The notes below the pieces were generated by a model that made no database searches, had not been told where the DNA came from, and worked only from the letters and a program-made list of their open reading frames with translations. A stretch of DNA of 54,342 nt from a virus (Duplodnaviria > Caudoviricetes): positions 1 to 54,342 of the IMG/VR virus record IMGVR_UViG_3300028025_003683. One strand, 5' to 3'. The first letter of the stretch is position 1. The number at the start of each line of letters is the position of its first letter. The position numbers and the translations under genes were made by a program. Shown one piece after another: positions 1 to 9,761 of the stretch.

Positions 1-381
1 TGTCCAGTCGTTGCCGAGGTAAATCAGGGTGGTGCGCTAGTAAAAAACGCTATTCACACCATCGACCCGAGCATTACAGTGCTAGAAGTGCACTCAAAAC
101 AGGGAAAACAGCTCCGTGCAGAGCCAATTACACTCGCATACGAGCAAGGACGTGTTCACCACGTTGGATACCTTGCCGACCTAGAAACTCAGATGATTTC
201 GTGGGTTCCAGGCGAAGGAAAGTCCCCAGACCGCGTTGACGCACTCGTTCACGCCCTCACAGCCCTCCTAATTAAGCCTCCACCAGGGTTTACAGGCGGA
301 AAATTGCGTGCAAAGTCCTTTGCAAGCCGAAAAATAGACACTGGACGCGGTCACAGTGGCGGAATGTTTAGGGTTCGATGA
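1..381 (+). CDS. terL: Terminase large subunit, C-terminal nuclease part (5'-truncated by window edge)
   Basis: Frame is open from base 1 (CPVVAEVNQGG...). Carries AEVNQGG, KQLRAEP, YEQGRVHH and SPDRVDALVHA motifs typical of TerL RNase H-like domains. Lies upstream of the portal. Confidence 0.9.
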   Translation, partial: CPVVAEVNQGGALVKNAIHTIDPSITVLEVHSKQGKQLRAEPITLAYEQGRVHHVGYLADLETQMISWVPGEGKSPDRVDALVHALTALLIKPPPGFTGGKLRAKSFASRKIDTGRGHSGGMFRVR

Positions 382-743
382 AAATTCACATGGATGTATT
401 CCCTGCGCACCTAGTTGTAGCCGCTGCAGGGCAATTTGACGACGTTTTGAAGCTAAAAAGCTCTCCTCCGACCGAAGGAGCGCATTATGTGGCTACAACT
501 AGGGTAATTTTGGCCGATGACGTCGTTGTTGTAGCTGCAGATAGCCCTACTGGACCCGCAATTATCTTTCGAGAGCGTTTTGTAGAGCTAGAAAAAGCCG
601 ACCAAGTCACAAATGACACTCGTTTGGTCACAGTTAGCGGAAAAATGCTCGTTTTTAAGAAGGACACTAACTGCGGATGCGGTTCTCGACTCCGAGGATG
701 GAACGCATACAAGACAATCAACTCGATGAAGGACCCAGAATGA
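378..743 (+). CDS. Hypothetical protein with C-terminal CGCG motif
   Basis: 121 aa; ATGA overlaps with terL and with the next gene; motif NCGCGSRLRGW. Confidence 0.75.
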   Translation: MKIHMDVFPAHLVVAAAGQFDDVLKLKSSPPTEGAHYVATTRVILADDVVVVAADSPTGPAIIFRERFVELEKADQVTNDTRLVTVSGKMLVFKKDTNCGCGSRLRGWNAYKTINSMKDPE

Positions 744-1030
744 CATTAGATGCGCTTACATACATCGTTTTAACCCTAGCAACGTTTAGAGTCACGCGTT
801 TTATCACTACTGACTTTCTTTTTGACCCGATGCGACAGTGGATTTGGAAAAAATTTCCACCAGAGACTACAAAAATCGGCTATCTGATTACGTGTAGTTG
901 GTGCTCGAGCTTCTGGGTCGCCGCTATTATTATCGCAGCATACTTGCTAGCTCCTAGCATCACATTTGTGGTATCATTAGTACTGTCAATATCTAGTATT
1001 GTCGGATACATAGCCGCACGGGTAGACTAG
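740..1030 (+). CDS. DUF1360-like membrane protein
   Basis: Start taken at ATG 740 (ATGA overlap). LATFRVTRFITTD...IGYLITCSWCSSFW pattern with hydrophobic helices. Confidence 0.75.
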   Translation: MTLDALTYIVLTLATFRVTRFITTDFLFDPMRQWIWKKFPPETTKIGYLITCSWCSSFWVAAIIIAAYLLAPSITFVVSLVLSISSIVGYIAARVD

Positions 1031-1063
1031 ACTCGTTCCGTTATTTAAAGACAGGGAGTCCCC

Positions 1064-2863
1064 TTGGGCATTTTTAGACGTGAAGCTGACAATCAGCCAC
1101 GCAACTCGAACAACGGCGGCGTTCGCGCTTCATCGCCAGGCGTTCGACCTATCCGCCCTCCTCAGCCAACTCAGTTTACTGACTCGTTTGGTATCGCTTC
1201 TGCTCAGCCAGTTGCGTACAACGCACCACGCGCCCTAACTGCAGCCGCCGTTCAAATCAAGATGAACGACAAAGGCGAGGCTGCTCTATTCAAGAGTCGC
1301 CGTCAGTCTGCATCTTCTGCGTGGCAGAAGGAAGCCTGGGAATACTACGACGCAATCGGTGAAGTGAAGTATGCCTTCAACCTAGTTGCGTCTGTTGTTT
1401 CTCGCATTCGCATTTACGCAGCTAGCGTTGACGACCCAGCCGAGGCACCAGTACCAATTGACAAGTCTACAATCATTGACGAAAAACTTGCTGCTGCTGC
1501 AGCCCGCGCACTTGACCGTCTTGACAGTGCATACGGAGGCCAGGCTGGTCTGCTCAAGGACGCTGCTCTAAACCTTCAGGTTACTGGCGAGTGCTACCTA
1601 GTTCAGGTTCCAGAGCGTATCGGTTCAGGACTTCCAGAAAGCTGGGACATCCGCTCAACTGACGAACTTCAGATTGACCAAAAAGGTAACTACATCATCA
1701 ACCCGCGCCGCGAGATTTCTTCAGGCGGCTCGATGATGTCTTCTGGAAACATCGAAGCGATTGCACTTCCATCTAGCGCATTCATTGGTCGCATTTGGAA
1801 GTCTCACCCGCGCTACTCACAGGAAGCCGACTCGAGCCTCCGCGGTCTACTAGACCTCTGCGCTGAGCTACTTCTACTCAACCGTACCTTCCGTGCTACT
1901 GCACGTTCTCGCCTCAACGCTGGTGCTCTTTACTTGCCAGATGGTTTGTCTGTTGCAGCTAGCCCAGAGGCTGATTACCCTTACGACGAAGACGGCGTCT
2001 ACAACGAGCAGTACAACCCAGAGGAAGCTGCTGACGACTTTGAGGACCAACTCATCGACGCGATGACAACTCCTATCAAGGACGAGGACTCGGCCTCTGC
2101 TGTTGTTCCACTTATCATTCGCGGACCTGCAGACCTTGGTGACAAGATTAAGCAGTTCAAGTTTGAGCGTTCATTCGACCCTGCACTTGCTCAGCGTGCG
2201 GACCGCGTGCTAGAGCGTATTATGCAGGGCCTAGACGTTCCTAAAGACATCGTGACGGGTCTTGCCAACGTTAAGTACTCAAACGCAACTCAGATTGATG
2301 AGAGCCTCTACAAGGCGCACATCGAGCCTCTGATGCTTCTTATTGCAGACGCCCTAACCATCGTTTACCTGCGCCCATACCTAATCTCGATTGGCTACAG
2401 CGAAAGCGAAGTCAACCGAATTGTTATTTGGTATGACCCAAGCCAGGTAACCACTCGCAACGACCGTGCTGCCGACGCAGACGCAGGATTTAACAACCTC
2501 GCTGTCTCATACGACACCTGGCGTCGTGCTCACGGATTCTCGGATAATGATGCTCCAAGCCCAATGGAGCTTGCCCTTCGACTAGTCATCACTAAGGGTG
2601 CCATTACTCCAGAACTAACCGAAGCCATGCTCGCTGCTGTTGCACCTGAGGTCATGGACAAGGTTAGAGGTATTGCTCAGGAGAACTCGGTTGCTCCTGT
2701 TCCACCAGAGATTCAGCAGCTACTCACCGGAGGCCAGCCAGCCGCTGCTCCGGGAGCACCTGCAGCGCCTGCCGCACCAGCAGAGGGAGCACCAGCACCA
2801 ACCCCCGCTCCGGCCCCAACTCCAGCCCCAGCGCCGCCAGGGCTAGCAGAACCTACAGCATAA
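1064..2863 (+). CDS. Portal protein
   Basis: 599 aa following terL; GGGAG RBS before TTG. WQKEAWEYYDAIGEVKYA, LQVTGECYLV and IWYDPS motifs resemble actinophage portals; Pro/Ala-rich tail. Confidence 0.85.
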   Translation: MGIFRREADNQPRNSNNGGVRASSPGVRPIRPPQPTQFTDSFGIASAQPVAYNAPRALTAAAVQIKMNDKGEAALFKSRRQSASSAWQKEAWEYYDAIGEVKYAFNLVASVVSRIRIYAASVDDPAEAPVPIDKSTIIDEKLAAAAARALDRLDSAYGGQAGLLKDAALNLQVTGECYLVQVPERIGSGLPESWDIRSTDELQIDQKGNYIINPRREISSGGSMMSSGNIEAIALPSSAFIGRIWKSHPRYSQEADSSLRGLLDLCAELLLLNRTFRATARSRLNAGALYLPDGLSVAASPEADYPYDEDGVYNEQYNPEEAADDFEDQLIDAMTTPIKDEDSASAVVPLIIRGPADLGDKIKQFKFERSFDPALAQRADRVLERIMQGLDVPKDIVTGLANVKYSNATQIDESLYKAHIEPLMLLIADALTIVYLRPYLISIGYSESEVNRIVIWYDPSQVTTRNDRAADADAGFNNLAVSYDTWRRAHGFSDNDAPSPMELALRLVITKGAITPELTEAMLAAVAPEVMDKVRGIAQENSVAPVPPEIQQLLTGGQPAAAPGAPAAPAAPAEGAPAPTPAPAPTPAPAPPGLAEPTA

Positions 2864-2873
2864 GGAAAACACT

Positions 2874-3377
2874 ATGGACATGATTGAGATGACTGAAGAT
2901 ATGCCAGTCGCAAGCACGAAGGCAGAACTTGCTCAACACCTAGCTAAAGCACTTAGTAGCTCGGTTGTTCTCAAGTTCCTAGCTCAGGGTTATCACTGGA
3001 ACGTTAAGGGCAAGGACTTCTATTCTTTGCACGAACTGTTTGGCGATGTTTACGAAGACATTGACGGCGCTATTGACCCTCTAGCAGAACTTATCCGCAA
3101 GCTCGGATTCGACGCTCCTTACTTCTTGTCTGACTTCCTAGAAATGTCATGCGTAGAAGGTGGACGCCGTCTAAGCAACAACGCAGACGAGATGCTTGTA
3201 TCTCTGCACACAGAAAACAATAAGTTGATTGACGACATCAAGAAGGCTTTCAACTACGCCAGTAACAACGCAAATGAGCAGGGAGTAGCAGATTTCCTAG
3301 CTGGCCGCATTGACATGCACCAGAAGTGGGAATGGCAGCTACGCTCTACCATTGGATTGGATTCAGTAGGATTCTAA
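2874..3377 (+). CDS. dps: Dps family DNA-protection / ferritin-like protein
   Basis: YHWNVKG..F..LHELF...YE......D.LAE.IR.LG Dps signature and C-terminal HQKWEWQL; AAGGA RBS. Confidence 0.9.
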   Translation: MDMIEMTEDMPVASTKAELAQHLAKALSSSVVLKFLAQGYHWNVKGKDFYSLHELFGDVYEDIDGAIDPLAELIRKLGFDAPYFLSDFLEMSCVEGGRRLSNNADEMLVSLHTENNKLIDDIKKAFNYASNNANEQGVADFLAGRIDMHQKWEWQLRSTIGLDSVGF

Positions 3378-4099
3378 TGTCTGATTATTTAGCACGGGTA
3401 TTTGATGTTCAGTCTGAGGAGACTCAGGGTGAGGGAGACGTCACACTTTCGGTTACCGCTAGTGGAGGTTTTGGTGGTGCATCAGCGCCTGTCCTAAAAG
3501 AGGGCGACGTTCAGGCTCCAGCAGGCAGCAAGAAATTGCGCCTACCAATGCGCAACGAAATTGCGTTGCGTAAAAAGGTTCTCGACTACAACACCAAGAA
3601 CCCACAAACTCCATTCACTGCATCTGTAGACATGGTCAAGGCCGTCTACCGCCGTGGAGCCGGTACTTACAGAGGCGGAGAGTTTTCATCTCAGACTCGC
3701 GAAGACTGGTCTCTAAATCGCGTAGATGCATTCCTATCTCTACTCCTACACGGAGAGCCAGCAAGTTCTGCATACACTCAGGACTTTGACTTGCTTCCGT
3801 TGGAACACCCAAAGTCAACCCGAGGCATCGCCACGCTTACCGCATCTGGTGCTCCGGACTATTCTGCTGAACTATCGGTCGAACTTCTTTCTGAAGAAGA
3901 CTACGAGTCTCAGGAGCATGCAATCCACGTTCTAGCCGAGTTCTCTGGACTGGGCTATGACGTAATCCCCGCTATCCGTGCAGCCTGGTTGCGTGGACTA
4001 AAGAACGAAGAAAACCCTTATGAGCGAGCCGCTATCCTAGCCACTGCTCTATACAGCAGCCCGGACGCTGACCTGCTTCCTAAGAAAGGTACCCTATAA
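3377..4099 (+). CDS. Head-module protein with DUF5824-like domain
   Basis: Start at 3377 (TAATG coupling with dps). VKAVYRRGAG...TREDWSLNRVDAFL resembles the DUF5824-type helical domain recalled from viral proteins. Confidence 0.55.
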   Translation: MSDYLARVFDVQSEETQGEGDVTLSVTASGGFGGASAPVLKEGDVQAPAGSKKLRLPMRNEIALRKKVLDYNTKNPQTPFTASVDMVKAVYRRGAGTYRGGEFSSQTREDWSLNRVDAFLSLLLHGEPASSAYTQDFDLLPLEHPKSTRGIATLTASGAPDYSAELSVELLSEEDYESQEHAIHVLAEFSGLGYDVIPAIRAAWLRGLKNEENPYERAAILATALYSSPDADLLPKKGTL

Positions 4100-4101
4100 A
4101 A

Positions 4102-5232
4102 ATGAACAACTACGAGATTATTAACTCAGACTCGGCTGGAAAAGATATCGACAGCGTATTCACTCGTGAAGAGATGTATGCTATGGTCGCTTCAGCTAAC
4201 GCCGAGCTTCTTCCAGAGCGTCAGATTGACCCGCTTTATGTTTCGCTTGTTGCAGAGCGCACCTACGGCACTACTCACGGTATGAAGACAGCTGCTCGCA
4301 ACTTTGCTATCCGTAAGGCAGTATCTGGCCACATTGAACTTATGTCGAAGGGGTTGACTGCATCTGCTCAGGTGAACTATGACTTGCTGCCTATCCAGCA
4401 CCCGCTATCAACTGCAGCGACCGAGCTAAGCGTCGAAGAGATTCTTGACGCGCGTGCAGAGTGGATTGCAGCGGACGTTTCAGTTGACGAGAGCATCCGC
4501 CCACTTATTGCCTCAGCGTATAAGCAATCAGAAGGTACCATCGAGCGCCTGCACGCTGACATGCGTCTTATGGCACTTACTGCTGCTGGACGTATCGCAC
4601 CCGAGGTTTCTACCTACGTAACTCCTATTGTTGCATCCGCTGAGCTCCCTGCATTCACCGATGCAGATTTGGTTTACTGGCAGGCACGTAGCGAAGCCCT
4701 AGAGCTGTTTAGACGTCAGAGCGCACTCACCGCTTCGGCTGGAATCTCTATCGACCCTACTGGACTAGCTGCTCGTATGGTTCACCGAGGCGAAACCTCG
4801 GAGCACATCCTAAGCGTGCTGAAGAGCAACCCTACCTTCCGCGACAGCCTCTCGCTACTCGAGGAAGACCTAACCAGTTTTGACCCAATCTCGCGTGCGG
4901 CTAAGACTCAGTTTGAGGCATTGTATGCATCTATTTTGTCACTACCTAAAGCAGATACTCCAGTAGACCTACAAGCAATCGCTGCTAGTGCCGTTAAAAA
5001 GTATGATGACAAAAACGAGACTCTCGCTGAGGTTATTCAGGCTGGTGCATCTTCAGAATATATTTTCTCTTTGCTAGAGGACAACGAGCTTTGGGCGCAG
5101 GACTTCCAGACCTGGACCGAAAGTGATGAAGACATGCCGGTCTTTGCTTCGGCTTACTGGGCGATTGCTGACCTGGACTATGCAGACGCTAAGTTCTTCT
5201 CTTACGACAAAGTGTTCCCGCTGTCCAAATAG
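4102..5232 (+). CDS. Hypothetical head-module protein, alpha-helical, with many xTASA/xVASA motifs
   Basis: 376-aa ORF coupled to the previous gene; codon style matches the core genes. Confidence 0.7.
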   Translation: MNNYEIINSDSAGKDIDSVFTREEMYAMVASANAELLPERQIDPLYVSLVAERTYGTTHGMKTAARNFAIRKAVSGHIELMSKGLTASAQVNYDLLPIQHPLSTAATELSVEEILDARAEWIAADVSVDESIRPLIASAYKQSEGTIERLHADMRLMALTAAGRIAPEVSTYVTPIVASAELPAFTDADLVYWQARSEALELFRRQSALTASAGISIDPTGLAARMVHRGETSEHILSVLKSNPTFRDSLSLLEEDLTSFDPISRAAKTQFEALYASILSLPKADTPVDLQAIAASAVKKYDDKNETLAEVIQAGASSEYIFSLLEDNELWAQDFQTWTESDEDMPVFASAYWAIADLDYADAKFFSYDKVFPLSK

Positions 5233-5333
5233 ACCTTCTAAAACTTCTATAAACTTTTATTAGGTCTTTTTATTGAGATAAACTTATCTCACAAACTACA
5301 AAATGCAACCACGCAGGTTACAGAAGGATTAAG

Positions 5334-8300
5334 ATGTCTACCTCTTCGTTCAAACGCGAAAACAATGAGCCCACCCCAATCACTGCATCTCTCAGCTATA
5401 ACGATGGTGCTAATAAAGGCTTCTGGCGAATTCAGCCACGCGCTCTTGTAGGCAAGGACCGCGGAGAGTGGGTCGAGATGGGTGCGGAAATCCGCACTTG
5501 GATTAAGAACAATCTAGGACTTGCAGAGAGTATTATTGGACGCGCTCTAGGTTCGACTGGTAGCCCTAATGGTATCAGATTTAGACCTAACCCTGGGTAC
5601 GAAAGTCTAGGACTATCTCCAGATAAAATCTACGGTGTCGACACCAACCACGTAGAAAAACTAGAGGGCTCTCTTTCTGAAGAGTATCTAAAAAGTCAGG
5701 GCATTGAAGTCCCGAAGAACTCTACGGGGGATATGACAGCTGCTCAGATTGCTACAGTTCCTACGGTAGACCAGCTCGATAGTACCGACATCACTTCTGA
5801 CGACATTCGCCTTGCTAATGAAGGTATCGACTCTCCAGAGGGTCAAGAGATGTCTAAGTTCAAGGACTCTGAAGAAGGTCAGGCAATCGCCCGCCTCGAC
5901 GAAGAGACTGCCGCAACTGTTCAGCAGGGTGTGGCCCCTGGTGGCTCTTTCTCACCTGAGCAACTCGCAGCTGGCTACGGCTTTACCGAAACTGAAAAAG
6001 GTTCAGGTAAATACGAGACCAGCATTCCAGACGAGGGTGCTGGAACCGAAACTGTCTACACCGTTCCAACTACTCCAGACGCTAACGGCAAGTACAATGT
6101 ACTCCGAACCGAATGGACTGGACTAAATGACCGGAGCGGTATTCGTCAGGATTCAAACGACTACGATGCAGGCAGCTATGACTCTCTAGCTGACGCTTTC
6201 AAGGCTCACGCTCAGCAAAACTGGGACCTTGCCTCTGCCATGGATGCAGACGCGGCAGATAGTGCAAACCCGTTTAGTGCCAACCCTCCGAGGCTCAACC
6301 GAGACACCGACGTCCGCACTCCTGAAGGTGCTGCTCTTCTTGAAGGTTTCTTGCGTAAGCGTCTGGCTGGCTGGGATGCAAATTATGACGAATCCCCTGA
6401 AGTGTTTGACGGTCTTAAGGCTGTCTTAGATGACCCAAACCTTTCAGGTGACGAGCGCCTACAAGCTATTGCTGATGCTATTTCTGATGCTCGAATTGCC
6501 CGCAGGGGGAAGTTTACGGAGGGCCAGAAAACTCAAGAGGCTGTCTATGGTATTTATGGTATGCAGTCAAAGTTAGAGAAGGCCGGTTTTGAAACCGAGT
6601 TTACGCGTATTCAGAACGCTCAAAAAGCTCGTGAGCAAGAAATTATGGACCGCGCTGTGCGAGAAGCCATGGACATCACCTCGGAAAGCAAAGACATAAC
6701 CGTTGATGACCTTATCGATGAAGTAGCCACCCCAGAGCCTGGAGACGACATCCTAGATGGTCTTGAAATTCCTGAAGACGACCTTCTAGATGATGTCATT
6801 GACTCTGACCTTTCTGACCCAGAATTTGACCTAGTTCCTACTAGAAAAGAAAACACCTTTGCAAACGAACTTTTCGGTGATGAGTTTATTAGCAGAGAAG
6901 GCGTAACCTACAAAGTACTCGGAACAGAAGAAGACGAAGACGGCAATGTTTCAGTCACTGCCGTAGACCGCAATGGCGAGCGTCAGACTTTTAACGATGA
7001 CTCTTACCCAGTAATCACTAAGTTTGGCAAGCCTAAAGAGGCTCCTAGAGCAACTCCTGCCCCAGCGCCAGCCCCTAAAGCAGCGCCAAGACCGGCTACT
7101 CCAGCAGCTAGGCCAACGCCTGCGCCAGCGGCAACCCCGGTAGCTACTCCAGCAGCTAGGCCAACACCTACTCCTACTCCTGCTCCTGTAACTAGCATGC
7201 CACTGCCAGAAAACGCAACCAAGGTCAAAGATGTAAATGAACTTCAGTACGGTGACATCATTTACAACAAGGATGGTGTAGAGATGGGTAAGTTCCTTAG
7301 CATCCAATCAAAGGGTGAAGGTAACGCTGTAACCATCAAGGTAAGTAAAAACGGTACAGTACTCCCTGTCAGGTTTGACTTTATCGTTCCGGCATATAGA
7401 ACTCGCGAAGGGGAAGCGGCTACTCCTACCCCGAGCGCAACTCCACGCCGAGCAAAGCCTGCTACCCCGCCTAAAACCCCTGAGACAGCAGTTGCCGGTC
7501 AGAAGAAGGCTCAGGACCTAGTTGATGGCGACTACATCCTAGACAGCGAAGGTAGCCCGTTCGGCTCTGGTGCAGGTCTAGTGAATAGCGTATCTGTGGC
7601 TAATGGCCGCGTTACCGTAAACTACACCGATTCAGATGGTCAAGTACGAACTAAGCTATTCCGCGAAGGCAAAGACGTTAGTCTTGACCTTGGAGATTCC
7701 GCTGAGCCTAAGGACATTGTTTCCAAGTCTGAATCTGGAGGCGGCAAAAAAGCAAGCAAAGCCGACCTCGACAAGATTGCAGAGCTCGATGCTCGCGACG
7801 CCGCGGATAACATTCCGGATGAAGACCTTCGCGACGAACTATTCGACATGATTAACCGCATTGCCGAAGGCGACAACCCGTCTGCTAAAGAAGCTCGCGA
7901 CCTAATCAAGCGTATTGAAGATGCTTACGGCCCGGATGAAGATGAAACTCCTGAAGATGGAGAGGGTGGCGGTCTAGACGAGGAAGAGATTCCTCTAGAA
8001 GAGACTCCGGAGTTTGCTGACCGTCGTACCGATGACGGCCAAAACAAGTCAAACAAACCTGTCCGCTCGGTAGACGCAATGCGTAAAACTAAGCTCAGGA
8101 ACCTTCTTGATAAGTTTGGAAAGCGTCACTACGTTGTCGGACCTGATGGCAAGAGAGTCAACCCTAGCGACCCATCGCAAACCCTCAGCCAGACTGCTGC
8201 CGACTACCCAGACGGCCACTTCATCGACAATCCTGCCGATGAACTACACAACGCATACATGACCCACCGCGCAGACATTGACGGTGGAAACACCAAGCTG

Positions 8301-9728
8301 GAGATGGGTGTTATTCGTACCACCAACAACCAGTACAAGGTGTTCATGCGATTTACAGACAAGAACACCGGTGAAGTTAGGACCCTCTACTCGCACGACC
8401 CTCGTGACACCTACATGGCAATTCACGGTAAGAAAAACGGTCTAGAAAACTTCTATGCCTACTTTAGTGGTAAAGCTGCTCCTCTACAGAATAAAGAATC
8501 TCGTGAGTACAAAAAGTACTTTGGCGAAGGACGCACGTACCAGGACCGACTAAAATACTGGCGCGACAAGTTCAACAAGAACTTCTCTGAAGACGACCTA
8601 AGTGATGAAGAGCTAGAGGTTCTCGAAAACCGCTTTGACGGCGATATCGATGCCTACAACGAGGCAAAGAGCTTGGAAGACTTCCGTATTCTAAGTCTAG
8701 AAGAGCGCGTCAAGCTAACTGCAAATGGTGAAGCCGAACGTCTAGAAGAGGTTGTAGAGAAGAACCTAGGGCGCGTGCTTCGCAAAAAGGTTGCCAGCTT
8801 CTACGAGGCATTCGAAAGCGACGACCGAGTGTCGGCACGTCAGCGTTACAACGCCATGCTATCGCTTTTGCCTGACAACGCAGAATCTCGCGCTACGGTT
8901 CGTAGAGTAATTAGTGCTGAGATTAAGCGTCGAATCAATGCTTCAGGTGTTGACGGCGAAGAAAGAACCGCAGCCCTACAGCGTATGTCTGGTTTCGTAA
9001 CAGCGTTCTCGAACTTTGCTAACAAGCAGTTCTCGCTCGACAATGAGCTAGCAATCCCTTACGCGAATGGCGAAGGTATTAAGGTTGTAAAGCCTGGTGA
9101 CCTAGTCATTGCTCAGGACAACATGGGCCGTGACGTTGTCGCTCGAGTCTACAAACTACTCAAGGGTAGTGGTAAAACTCAAAACGATGACTTTGTTCGT
9201 CTAATTGTTCGTGACTCTGACGGTAATCTGCGTTCTCTTCGTGCCGACATTGCCTCGAAGAGCCTACGCGCCATTCCTGCTGGAGAGACTCCAGAAATTG
9301 GCGAGTGGGAAGGCTGGGACCGCTTGATTCCTATGACCGAGCAGCGCCTCGGCGCGGAAGCCGCTGCCCGTCGTGCAAAGGCTCTTGGTATTGCATACAA
9401 GGGTCCGGACGATGATGACCCTCCAGGCGGTAGCGGTGGCGACGGAGATGGTCCTCCTCCTCCACCTCCAGGCGGTGGTGGCGACGCGGTGGCTGAACCA
9501 GAACCAGAGCCTGAAGTTGTAGGTAAGCCTGCTGCTGCTCTACAGGGCGGCGACGAGGTGTTTGGTGCTGATGGTCTACCTCTAGGTACAGTTACAAAGG
9601 TTGTTTTCCGTGAAGTAAACGGACAGCCAATGGCCCTAGTGCAGTATCGCACTCCAGATGGTAAAACTGGCCGAGTAGCTTACTCGCCTGACCAGCTGGT
9701 GGGTGGCTCGGATAGCCCAAAAGCGTAA
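5334..9728 (+). CDS. Large acidic putative internal virion/cargo protein (1464 aa)
   Basis: AAGGA RBS; N-terminal WRIQPR...GEWVEMG motif; about five small beta-barrel-like repeats; Pro/Ala linkers; located in the head module. Confidence 0.7.
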   Translation: MSTSSFKRENNEPTPITASLSYNDGANKGFWRIQPRALVGKDRGEWVEMGAEIRTWIKNNLGLAESIIGRALGSTGSPNGIRFRPNPGYESLGLSPDKIYGVDTNHVEKLEGSLSEEYLKSQGIEVPKNSTGDMTAAQIATVPTVDQLDSTDITSDDIRLANEGIDSPEGQEMSKFKDSEEGQAIARLDEETAATVQQGVAPGGSFSPEQLAAGYGFTETEKGSGKYETSIPDEGAGTETVYTVPTTPDANGKYNVLRTEWTGLNDRSGIRQDSNDYDAGSYDSLADAFKAHAQQNWDLASAMDADAADSANPFSANPPRLNRDTDVRTPEGAALLEGFLRKRLAGWDANYDESPEVFDGLKAVLDDPNLSGDERLQAIADAISDARIARRGKFTEGQKTQEAVYGIYGMQSKLEKAGFETEFTRIQNAQKAREQEIMDRAVREAMDITSESKDITVDDLIDEVATPEPGDDILDGLEIPEDDLLDDVIDSDLSDPEFDLVPTRKENTFANELFGDEFISREGVTYKVLGTEEDEDGNVSVTAVDRNGERQTFNDDSYPVITKFGKPKEAPRATPAPAPAPKAAPRPATPAARPTPAPAATPVATPAARPTPTPTPAPVTSMPLPENATKVKDVNELQYGDIIYNKDGVEMGKFLSIQSKGEGNAVTIKVSKNGTVLPVRFDFIVPAYRTREGEAATPTPSATPRRAKPATPPKTPETAVAGQKKAQDLVDGDYILDSEGSPFGSGAGLVNSVSVANGRVTVNYTDSDGQVRTKLFREGKDVSLDLGDSAEPKDIVSKSESGGGKKASKADLDKIAELDARDAADNIPDEDLRDELFDMINRIAEGDNPSAKEARDLIKRIEDAYGPDEDETPEDGEGGGLDEEEIPLEETPEFADRRTDDGQNKSNKPVRSVDAMRKTKLRNLLDKFGKRHYVVGPDGKRVNPSDPSQTLSQTAADYPDGHFIDNPADELHNAYMTHRADIDGGNTKLEMGVIRTTNNQYKVFMRFTDKNTGEVRTLYSHDPRDTYMAIHGKKNGLENFYAYFSGKAAPLQNKESREYKKYFGEGRTYQDRLKYWRDKFNKNFSEDDLSDEELEVLENRFDGDIDAYNEAKSLEDFRILSLEERVKLTANGEAERLEEVVEKNLGRVLRKKVASFYEAFESDDRVSARQRYNAMLSLLPDNAESRATVRRVISAEIKRRINASGVDGEERTAALQRMSGFVTAFSNFANKQFSLDNELAIPYANGEGIKVVKPGDLVIAQDNMGRDVVARVYKLLKGSGKTQNDDFVRLIVRDSDGNLRSLRADIASKSLRAIPAGETPEIGEWEGWDRLIPMTEQRLGAEAAARRAKALGIAYKGPDDDDPPGGSGGDGDGPPPPPPGGGGDAVAEPEPEPEVVGKPAAALQGGDEVFGADGLPLGTVTKVVFREVNGQPMALVQYRTPDGKTGRVAYSPDQLVGGSDSPKA

Positions 9729-9761
9729 CCTCCGAGTCGACAACTAAACCGACCTCGGGGG
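9716..9761 (+). promoter_or_regulatory. Programmed -1 ribosomal frameshift signal (slippery CCCAAAA plus stem-loop)
   Basis: C CCA AAA at 9716-9722 in the correct phase, 6-nt spacer, stem 9729-9739 pairing with 9750-9761. The -1 frame is open from 9716 into the 9800..11197 ORF. Confidence 0.8.

Noticed and set aside
677-739. Longer starts given by the ORF track (677, 3326, 53569)
   Set aside because: They overlap upstream genes substantially, whereas starts at 740, 3377 and 53542 give stop-start coupling.
5231-5272. Possible terminator AGACCT...AGGTCT-TTTT
   Set aside because: Short stem with a large, weakly paired interior; too marginal to call.
7040-7195. Pro/Ala nucleotide repeats (also ~2740-2850 and ~47315-47380) as functional DNA repeats
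   Set aside because: Fully explained as low-complexity protein linkers.
6850-9705. L..GD.I repeats as intein/Hint domains
   Set aside because: No N-terminal Cys block, TxxH motif or C-terminal HN; units are too short.
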